Source: the human T2T-CHM13v2.0 reference genome, Homo sapiens | Strand: one strand, 5' to 3' | DNA: 64,000 nucleotides | NCBI RefSeq assembly: GCF_009914755.1 | Contig: NC_060926.1 | Part shown: positions 35,100-44,977 of the stretch, piece by piece | Layout: the number at the start of each line of letters is the position of its first letter | Position numbering within the stretch: the stretch's first letter is position 1 | Translations under genes and position numbers: made by a program | Notes under the pieces: generated by a model | Told to the model about the DNA's origin: nothing | The model's input: the letters and a program-made list of their open reading frames with translations, nothing else | Databases searched by the model: none

Positions 35100-35660
35100 C
35101 TAGAGGGAGAAAGGAAAGACAGGGACGGGGGCTGGGGCTTGGGGAGGGCCAAGGTTGGGGTCTCACAGCGGCGCCTCTGAGCGCGACTCGAAACTTCGAG
35201 GCCAGCAGTCTCCACCCCCGGCCCTTTTCCCACTGTGGCGAGTGCCGCTGAAGAGCCTGCCCTTGGCCCCTCGCTCTCTCACTCACCTCGACATGAGCCT
35301 CCACATCTCGCGCTGCCCCGTCGCCAAACACTCCGAAGCTAAAGCAGCAGAGCGAGAATCTCCCGGACTGTTCCAGCGCCTCGCGTGAGCCCCGCCCACC
35401 GCCGTCCTGCGCCGCCGGGCACAGATGACAAGTCCTCCAGGAAGCCAGAGCGACCGTTTCCGCTACGCGACGGGGAAGGGCGGGGCAAGAACGACGCCTG
35501 GAGGAAATAGTTGAGGGAGAGGAAGGGATCGGGGACCGGGCCAGGGAGAAGGCGGAGAGCGAGCTGAGGCGGAGCGGGAAGAGGGAGGATAGAACGGACT
35601 AGGGCGGATTCGCAGGAAAGGAGATTGCCCTCTAGAGGCTGTCTTAGCCCAAAGCGCAAC
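35100..35660 (-). promoter_or_regulatory. HIBCH: HIBCH CpG-island promoter and 5' UTR
   Basis: CpG/GC-rich stretch around exon 1; GC boxes near 35390 and 35478; ETS-like GGAA motifs; no obvious TATA. Confidence 0.88.
35287..35321 (-). CDS. HIBCH: HIBCH exon 1 coding part (35 nt); codon 1 is ACG instead of ATG
   Basis: Minus strand reads gcg ACG GGG CAG CGC GAG ATG TGG AGG CTC ATG TCG AG|gtgagt = (M/T)GQREMWRLMS-R, the HIBCH N-terminus; consensus donor. Confidence 0.95.
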
Positions 35661-37199
35661 CTGTTGTCTAGGCTTGGCCTGCCAATTTGACCAGCAGGGA
35701 CTGATGTGAAAGACTTTTCTGGAATTTTAGTAATTTTTTATTAAAACGTAAACTTAGTATTCTTTGAGACTCAAGTAGAGGAATTACAGTTGATAAAGGA
35801 CATCGATGTAGTTTATTCATTCCTAACCCAATACAGCCGAATTCCTTTAATATTAGGATTGAGACATTTTCATTTTTCTTGGGAAAAGTTACAGATCTCC
35901 CACTCTTCCTCAAAGACACACAAGAGTTGTCTGATTAAGACATAATAGATATGTCTTCCCAACTAAAGTAAAAGTTGCTGTTATCAGTGGAAGCATAATT
36001 ACATTCAGAAAGTAGCTTACTCTTAAATGAAACCAACATTTAACTCAACTACTAGGATCCACTGTTAAATTGAGGAAAACGTTCCTCCGCTTCCAGATCC
36101 ACCCAGATGTGTAGCAGAAGACATTTCATCGCCACTATTAAGTATTGACACATTTATCAGAAAGAAGAAATCCGGTGACAAATTTCAGAGAGGACACATG
36201 AAAGGAGTTATTCTTAGTACCTTGATATTTAAAGAGATACACTGTTGAGACTTTGATCAAAAATTACGTTGCTAACCTAGGTCAAATGTAATAACCAAAT
36301 GCCCACTGAGAAGAGGACAGACAACAGACATCACAGAAGGAACTCCTTACCTGCAATTTGGTTTTTAACTGGCTACAGGACATCACCATCTGACATCACC
36401 ATCATGCCTCATTCACTGCGCACAGAAATGAACCATTCATCTGACCTAGCATGGTTTACTGGAAAAAGCATGGGCTTTCCTGTTAGTCAGACTGAGATTC
36501 AAATCTTCCTTGCCGCCCTAGCTTCATGTGTGTGAAACCTGAGTCTCACAAGGCCTCATCGTTAGAAGGGCCCTGTGCTTGTTTTAATGCTGTGCTATTA
36601 ATAATTTTTGAACAAGGAAACACAAATTTTCATTTTACACTAGGCCTGCAAATTATGTAATCAGTCCTACCCCTAGCACACTAATAGTTTAATGACCTTG
36701 AACAAATTATATAGCTTTTCAGAACCTCCATTTTCTCATCTGAAAATGGATGTGCTGATGATTAGAGGTGTTTGTGAAGATCCATTGAAATATAGAAATA
36801 TGTGCATAAATTACTTAGGACTTCGTAGGTATCAAGACCTGTCAGTTATGCCACACCTTCCACCAAGCTGTCCTTCCTATTCCTAAATTCTCTATTTCTT
36901 CTAATGATGCTATCGTCTTCTGGCTTCCCGCTCTAGAAACCTCAGTCCTTTAAAGAAAATTATCTTAACATTCTATTTTGAAGATTTTCAAACATATAGC
37001 AAAATTATAAAAATTTAAAGCAAACGCCTATGTGCTCACCACATAGATTCTACCTAGATTTACATTTTATCTTGCTTTATTCCTTATCCCAAATACCTTA
37101 TTTTTAAATGCATTTCAAAGTTAATTACAAGCATCGTTTTACTTCTCCCAAAATATGGCATGTGTCTTACTACCTAGAGTTAAATATTTGTTTACATAT

Positions 37200-39285
37200 T
37201 TTCCCTTTTGAGACAAAATTTACATACAACAAAATGCACAAATCTTAAGTGTACATTCACTGAGTTTGACAAATGTATACACTTGTGTAACCAAAATTCC
37301 TTAGATATAAACCATTGTCATCACCCCAAAAAGTTTCCTCTCACGATTTCCCAGACATTCTCTGCCTACCACTGCCTTCCCCACCCCAACCCCCGCCCCA
37401 GAAGCAACCACTGTTCTGTCTCGAGAACCACTGTTTGTTTTGAGACAGGGTCTCACTCTATCACCCAGGCTAGAGTACAGTGCCACAGTCATAGCTGACT
37501 GCAGCTTCAACCTCCCTGGGCTGAAGCAATCCTCCCACCTCAGCCTCCTGAGTAGATGGGACTACAGGCACATGCCACCACACCCAGCTAATTTTTGTAT
37601 TTTTTTTTTTTTGCGAGATAGAGTCTTGCCATGTTACTCAGGCTGGCCTCCAACTCCTGGGCTCAAAAGATCTCCCCGCCTCGATCTCCCAAAGTGCTAG
37701 GATTACAGGTGTTAAATACTGCACCCAGTCTGATTTTTCTCTACCATCAATTAGTTTTGCATCTTCTGAAAATTCATATAAAATGGAATCATACAGTGTG
37801 CGCTTTTTTTGTATAGCATTTTTCACTTAGCAAAATGTCCATATCGTGTGTATCGGTAGTTTCCTCCATTTTATTACTGAGTAGTATTTCATTATATGAA
37901 TACCCCATAGTTTACTGATCTGTGCTCCTCCTGATAGATTCCTGGGCTGTTGCCAGTTGGGGCTATTATGAATAAAGCTGCTGTAAACATTCTTGTGTAA
38001 ATCTATTGTAGACATATGTTTCCTATTCTCTTGGGTAAATATCTATAAATAGAATGTCTTGGTTATAGGGTACATCAATGTTTGGTTTTATGTGAAACAG
38101 CCAGACCCTTTTTTCAAGAGTTTGTATCATTTTGGAAAAGAATTCTGGTGGCATACAATCCACAGAATGAGGAATAATGTTTATAAATGATATATTTGAT
38201 AAAAGGCTATCTAGAATATGTAAAGAACTATCACAATTTAAATAACCAAATTTTAAAATGGATGACAGATTTGAATATACTATACAGCTCTCCAAAAAAG
38301 ATATATGAATGATCAATACTCATATGAAAAGATGCTCAACATTATTAGCCATCGGGAAATACACATCAAAACCACAATGACTTCACACCCACCATAATTT
38401 TTTAAAAAACAAGTGTTAGTGAGGAGAATTTGGAATCCTCAGACACCACTGGTGATGTACAACAGTACAGCTATCTTGGAAAAATGTCTGGCAGTTCCTC
38501 AAATGGCTAAACAGAGAGACCATATGACCCAACAATTCCATACCTAGGTATTTACCCAAAATAAATGAAAACATAGTCCTCACAAAAACTTGTACATAAT
38601 GTTTATGGCAGCATAATTGCCAAGAAGTAGAAATAACTCAAATGTCCATCAACTGATGAATAGGTAAAAACAAAAGTTATATATCTGTACAATGAAGTAT
38701 TATTTGGCAAGAAACAGAAATGAAGTATCGATACATGGTACAACATGAGCAAACATGGAAAACACTGTGCTAGATGAAAGAAGCCAGTCACAATAGACCA
38801 CATATTATATGATGCCATTTACATGAGTGTCTAGAATAAGCAAATGTGTACAGATAGAAAGTAGACGAGAGGTTGCCTAAGGTTGGAGAGGAGGCAGGAG
38901 AATTGGAGAGTGACAGCTAAGCGGCACAGGGTTTTCTGGTAGAGTAATGAAAATATTCTAAAGTGAATAGTGGTGATGGTTGGACTACACTGAAATGAAA
39001 ATATTCTAAAATGGATAGTGCTGACAGTTGGCTGAATCATATACTTTATATGGGTGAATTGTGTGGTATGTAAATTGTATCTTAATTTTTAAATAAAGAA
39101 TTCTGGTTGCTCCATATTCTCAGCCACATTTTGTATTATCAGGCTTTTAAATTTTAGTCATGCTGGTGTGTGTGTGGTGTTATCTCCTTGTGGTTTTAAT
39201 TTTCATTTTCCTGGTGTCTAATGATGTTGAGCACTTTTTCATATGCTTATTATCTTCTTTTAATTTTCTTGCCCATTTTTAAATT
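37200..39285 (-). mobile_element. Old antisense L1M fragment interrupted by an Alu (about 37433-37729) and a sense L1MB fragment
   Basis: atggaatcatacagtgtg, gggctattatgaataaagctgct; resumes after 39107. Confidence 0.7.
38150..39094 (+). mobile_element. L1MB-like 3' fragment
   Basis: aaagatgctcaacattattagcc...; TSD AAAGAATTCTGGT at 38137-38149 and 39095-39107. Confidence 0.8.
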
Positions 39286-39289
39286 GGGG

Positions 39290-39539
39290 TTTTTGTTGTT
39301 GTTGTTTTGTTTTTTGTTTTTTTTTTTAGACAAAGTTTTGCTCTTGTTTTCCAGGCTGCAGTGTAATAGCACAATCTGGGCTCACTGCAACCTCCACTTC
39401 TGGCTAATTTTGTATTTTTAGTAGAGATGGGGTTTCTCCATGTTGGTCAGGCTGGTCTCGACCTCCCAATCTCAGGTGATCCACCTGCCTCGGCCTCCCA
39501 AAGTGCTGGGATTATAGGCGTGAGTCACCGCACCTGGCC
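39290..39539 (-). mobile_element. Alu with an internal deletion
   Basis: Jumps from caacctccacttc directly to tggctaattttgta. Confidence 0.88.
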
Positions 39540-39595
39540 AAATTGGGTTATCTTTTTATTCGTGTTTGATATTGTCTTTTTTTAATTATTGTTCA

Positions 39596-40047
39596 ATTAT
39601 CTATTTCTGTTACAAATTACCCCTAAAATTTAGCAGCTTAAAGCAACCAACATTTATTGTTTCTCAGAGATTCCAAGGCTCAGGAATCAGGGAGAGACTT
39701 AGCCAGGTGGTTCTGGCTCAGGGTCTCTCATGAGGCTGCAAAGCGTTGGCTGGGATTGCAGTCATCTGAATGCTCAGCTTCCAAACTTATGTGGTTGTTG
39801 GCAGGTTACAGGTCCTTTCACGTGGGCCTCTCCATGGGGCTGCTCACAGTGTGGCAGCTGGCTTCCTCTGGAGAGAAAGAGCCCAGAGAAAGAGGCACCA
39901 AGACAGAAGCCACAGTACCTTATAACTGTCACTACTGTTTATTTTATTGGTCACGCGGACCAACCCCAGTACAGTATAGAAGATTTTACAAGAGTTTGAA
40001 TACTCGGACACAAGGATCCTTTCAGGCTGTTTGAAGGCTGGCTATCA
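39596..40047 (-). mobile_element. MLT1-family MaLR LTR
   Basis: ttacccctaaaatttagcagcttaaagcaa...ttctggctcagggtctctcatgagg. Confidence 0.7.
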
Positions 40048-40569
40048 TACTTGATTTCATTTTTTTCTTTCCTCATTGCCAATCAGTCATGAAGCCATAC
40101 TAGTTATTTCTTTGAAAGATCTCTCAGATTTGTTCTATCCTCTCGACACCTCCACTGCTACCATTCTAGTACCCACCTGTAACTCATTCCAGATCTAACT
40201 TCTCTCTTGTCCCTCAACCATCACACCCTTCAATTCATTCTGCATTTCACTGAAAAGAAATTTTCCTAAGATACAACTTTTGATGTATTATTAAGCTGCT
40301 AAATAATCTCACAATTGTCTATAGCTATGTTTTCCAAAACTAGACACAGTTGACTACTGTGCACTTAAAATGTGGCTAGTATAACTGAGGAACTGAATTT
40401 TAAAAAATTTACATTTAAAAACTAAAGCAGTGTTAAAATTTTTATATTGATTACATGTTAAAGTAACAGTATTTTGGATGTATTGGGTTAGAAAAAATAT
40501 ATTATTTAAATTAACTTTACCTGTGTCTTTTTACCTTTTCAATGGGGCTACTAGAAAATATTAAATTAC

Positions 40570-40870
40570 AGCCGGGGACGGTGGCTCACGCCTGTAATCC
40601 CAGCACTTTGGGAGGCTGAAGTAGGTGGATCACCTGAGATCAGGAGTTCGAGACCAACGTGGCCAACTTGGTGAAACCACGTCTCTACTAAAAATACAAA
40701 AATTAGCCAGGCGTGGTGGCACATGCCCGTAATCCCAGCTACAGGCTGTTCCTCCCAGGGCTGAGGCAGGAGAATCTCTTGAACAGGGCAGGTGGTGGTT
40801 GTAGTGGCCGAGATTGCGCCATTGCACTCCAGCCTGGGCAACAAGAGCAAAACTTCGTCTCAAAAAAAAA
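40570..40870 (+). mobile_element. Alu (S-like) inserted in a MER3/MER33-like hAT remnant
   Basis: Alu consensus; TSD ttaaattaca; flanks cacttaaaatgtggctagt...attaaacaac. Confidence 0.85.
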
Positions 40871-41817
40871 GTTAAATTACATGTGCAGCTCACATTCTAT
40901 CTGTATTAAACAACAGTGGTCTAGAACATTCCCTTCAAACTGACTGACTTTTGAGGCAACAGAAACAAGGCTTCACCTTAGCTATCCAACCTTATTTACC
41001 ATTTACCTGTTCTTATTCCTGTCACATGCATCTCTCCTGGATGTCTCTGAGTATATAATGTTGATTTTCTGCCACTGCTCCTCAGCCCATGCAATTCCTT
41101 ATACCAGGAAAGCCATTCTTCTTTTATCTTCCTCTAAAATTTATTCATCCTAAAGGCTCAAGACTTATCTTTCTGCAGTAGTATTTTACTGTGACCTCTA
41201 CTGAACTCTCCTACCTGAATTTCAATTACACTTCTAATTCATAGTTCATTACTTCTCTCTCTCTCTCTCTTTCTCTCTCTCTCCCGTCCCCCCACCCCCA
41301 CCCTTTTGAGATGAAGTCTCACAATGTTGCCCATGCTGGACTCAAATTCCTGGGCTCAAGTGATCCTTCCACTTCAGTCTTCCCAGTAGCCAGTACTACA
41401 GGCACACATACTGCACTTGGCTTATGACTTACTTCTTACATGATTTTTCGTCGTAATTTAATGCTAATTTTCTCTCTCAAATTGTACATTCCTTGAGGAT
41501 AGGAACTGTATCTTATATTTTGTCTGAATCTTTCAAAAACCTAATGCTGGGACATGGTAAGAGGGCTTACAAATTTGATATACTAATTATGAAGGAAATG
41601 TTGTATACAAATAACTTTGTTATCTTCTAACCAGTATAAACCTGGCATTAATGTGGAAAAAATAAGGTTGTAAAATTTATTTGTCAAAATGCAAGTGCTC
41701 TTTGATATAAGTACCCATAACATGTGAAAGATTATCCAGGAGCCAGCAAAAGGGCTGAAGGATGGAAAAGTAACTCCCTCCTGCTTTCCTTTGTTGGAAA
41801 TCAATGATTGGCAATCA

Positions 41818-43141
41818 ATGAAGGCTCTGGAGAAACTGCCAAAAAGTCATTCTTGTTGGACTGAGGCCCCTCAGCACACCCAGCCCTGTCCCATCCCCCT
41901 CTCCCTGAAGCTCTACCACCAATCAAGGATGTCTGCGAATGCCAGGAATGAAATGCAAGATGCTTATTTTAATTGTCCCAATAGCCCACTCCTGGAAGAA
42001 CTTCTGAGATCCTGCCTTTTCCTAACTCTAACTGGCTGCGTTACCTAGTCAACTCTACCCTGCCTCCTCACTCATGTGGTGAGTAGGAAATCTCAAGACT
42101 CAGCCCTCTACCCCTTTCACGCCTCTTGGAAATGTGCTGCAACCCACTCGTTTTCCTTCCTTTGCATTTGTGATTTTTCTAAAAATTTACAAAATGGTCT
42201 TTTGAGTGAAGAGTGTGTTTGACGCCAATGTGCCTTGCCAAGCCAGAGCAAGGTTCTCTGACCCACAGTGAGCTCATTGGTCCCCACCCCAAGGACATAA
42301 GCATGGAAGTCTCAGAGTTACTCCTTTGGCCAAGGCCAACTGCGGGATGCATGGATGCACAGAATGTAGACCACCTGCAAGAAGTCCCTGGTGTCTTCCC
42401 AAACAAAGAGACCTGGGTCATACAACTAAAGGCCAGAAGTAGGGCATTGCCCAACTACAAAGACAAGAACTGGGGAAAATAGAACTTGATTCCCTGACTC
42501 CAAACAGCAGTGTTCATTTCAATTTATCAGTCACAAAATGGTGTTATAGGATACTGTGACAGCTGTAACCCAATAGCACTTAAGGGATTTACCATTTCCT
42601 CCTTTGCACTATGGGCATGAATGAGTATCCTTATGGATCCCAAGGTTTTGGAGGTACCAGCAGTTAGGTAATGAAATCCTCTGGATCCTTTCCCTTCCTT
42701 TTTGCTTGGTATCCAAAGCAAGTTAAATCAGCCCTGTTGCAAGGCTAGTATTCATCAGATAAGCATCAGTATGGCTATGTGATTGTTAAGACATTGAAAT
42801 ACTTCCAAAATGATTGGTAAATAGCCACTGCTCACTGCCAGACAACCTATTTCCTTGGGCCCAAAGGATTCCCAAGAGGGTACTGATGAAGAAACCAACC
42901 TGGCACCTGCCAGGTGACTGGCCATAGCTGACTACACTAGACTCCATCCCATGTGCTCATAGTGGGCCCAGATCCTTTCGGAGATGGCGCTCCTTGTGAT
43001 AGTGCTTGCATACCAGAAGGGATCCATGGTGTCCATCATGCTGTTCCTTCCAGGGCTGAGACCACCTGCTGCAGGCTGGCACACACAGACTTACCCCCAG
43101 GGCACTTTAGTGTACCATAGCTCTTCAGTATTTTGAATATT
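41818..43141 (+). pseudogene. Decayed MGAT4C-like (GT54 N-acetylglucosaminyltransferase) gene remnant, apparently with an intron donor retained
   Basis: Collinear degenerate peptide matches to remembered MGAT4C: HSWK..RYL then GTGAGT donor, VKSVFD, KARSR..NY, VL*DTV, KSALLQG*YSSDK, FQN-x12-YFLG, CCR..SIL; many stops and frameshifts. Confidence 0.6.
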
Positions 43142-44220
43142 ACTCTTGCCTTTTTGTATGCTTGTGCTAATTATTTTGTGCAACCCAAAGAACAGGACTG
43201 GACCCATGCATTATGGTGGAAATATTGAAAGGATCACATAGGTTAAACTGGGAACTGAAAGTATTTGGAAGGGGAGCCACATCTGGGGCCCTTTCCTTTC
43301 TATCTCCCTCTCTTGTTGGCCGCATGGAACCTCATGCAAACTTGCGGAATGTCTGCTTCTATTTGGTGCTTTGTCTAATCATGGAGGGGCTATTATGATC
43401 CAGCTGCCGTGTTAGTGTTAGGCTCTGAAGGTTACATGGAGCCATGGAAGCACACAGTAGGGCCACCTGTTATAGTGTTGGAATCAGAGAAAGCTTCCCA
43501 GGAAAGGTAACTGTTTTAGATAGAGAAACTCTGCGCAGATGAAGCATAATAGGTGACTCCAGCATTTTGACAGTGGCACAATAGAGGTAGGGAAGGGTCA
43601 GGTCTCTAGGGACTATGAAGCCTGTCTAAGGGTATTTAAGCAGAAAGATGACATAATCGGATTTGACTTCTATCAGTATCACTTTGAAGCAGGGCCAGCA
43701 GACCAGAGAAAACTGATCTCCCTATATGTTTTCTGTACCTTCATACTAATTTGACTTCCAAGAGATTTTTATTTGCCTTCGCTTGTCTGATTCCAACTCT
43801 ACTTCATGACATCATCTCATAATATTGCTTTTAAATAGTTATTTTTTACATTTCTATTTTGCTTTTATCACACTTGCTAATTGATTAATCTGTTTCTCAT
43901 TTTCTGAACTCAGCAGAGCAATCTGATTAGCCTAGTGTAACTTTTTTGAGCTGTGAATGGACCAACTTGGATCAAGAGGCCATGGAGTTTAATCATCCAT
44001 TTACATACTGGGAATGTTCGTGAGTTCCAAGATTATGTGGGTCTGGCAGGCAATTATGGCTTATTTCTCAGATCATCAACCAGTATCCATGCTCAGAGTG
44101 TTGATTCAAATAGCAGCTGATAAGCATAGGAGCATTTATAAAATTGGAAAAATTTTAAATAAAGATAGTTCTGTTAGACCAAAAAATGTGTGTATACATG
44201 TGCAGAAACATTTTAGAGAA

Positions 44221-44278
44221 ATGCACACCCAAAATGTTAACAGTGGTTATGCACACCCAAAATGTTAACAGTGGTTAT
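44221..44278. repeat. Perfect 28-bp tandem duplication
   Basis: ATGCACACCCAAAATGTTAACAGTGGTT twice. Confidence 0.97.
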
Positions 44279-44977
44279 CCTTGGGGGATGGTGAAAATAC
44301 GAGTGACTCGCTTCTTCTCTATAATTATTTACATTTTCTATTGTGTCACTTGAGACTAGATAGTTGTTTTGTAACAAATATAAAAGTGGTTTTTAAGGAA
44401 ATCAGGGAGCATTACACATATCTGCCACATTTTTCCTTATGGCTAATTCCCAAAATACCTTTTGGACAAGTTTTGTCTTTACTACATGCACTTGATTTCT
44501 AGTGAGTTGCCACTAGATGGTGAATATACCACATCAAACAAGATTGAAAGGCTTCCATGTTTTCAATAAGCTAATCCCTCCAAATGAAATTTCTTAGAAA
44601 AAAAAGTCTTAATACATTTTTCAACTTTGAGATATGGCATACCAAAATATGTCTCTAAAGATTGAAATAAAAATACATACGTAACACATTCACAACATAA
44701 CACTGACATTATAAAGACTTTGTACTGTATTTTCCAAGAACACAAGCCTTGGTGCATAGAAATAGTACAATGTCCATTTGTAGATTTAACATAATTTACA
44801 TATTTCTAGTATGCAATGTCAAATTATCTTTATTATTTAAAAATATTCATTTTATGTAGATACAGTCTTGACCTCACTTTAGCAATAAATATTTAAATTT
44901 AGTATTAAAACATTCCCAAATGAGTAAATTGATCTGTCCTGCTAAGTTTGATAAGTTGGTTTACAAATTCTATGATG

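Noticed and set aside
42024-42050. SNWLRY resembling the PRDM PR/SET motif
   Set aside because: No other PR-domain similarity; better explained as part of the collinear MGAT4C-like remnant
42360-42374. QNVDH as the MGAT4 QNVDY motif
   Set aside because: Ambiguous: spacing fits the downstream KARSR..NY segment better, so it was not counted as evidence
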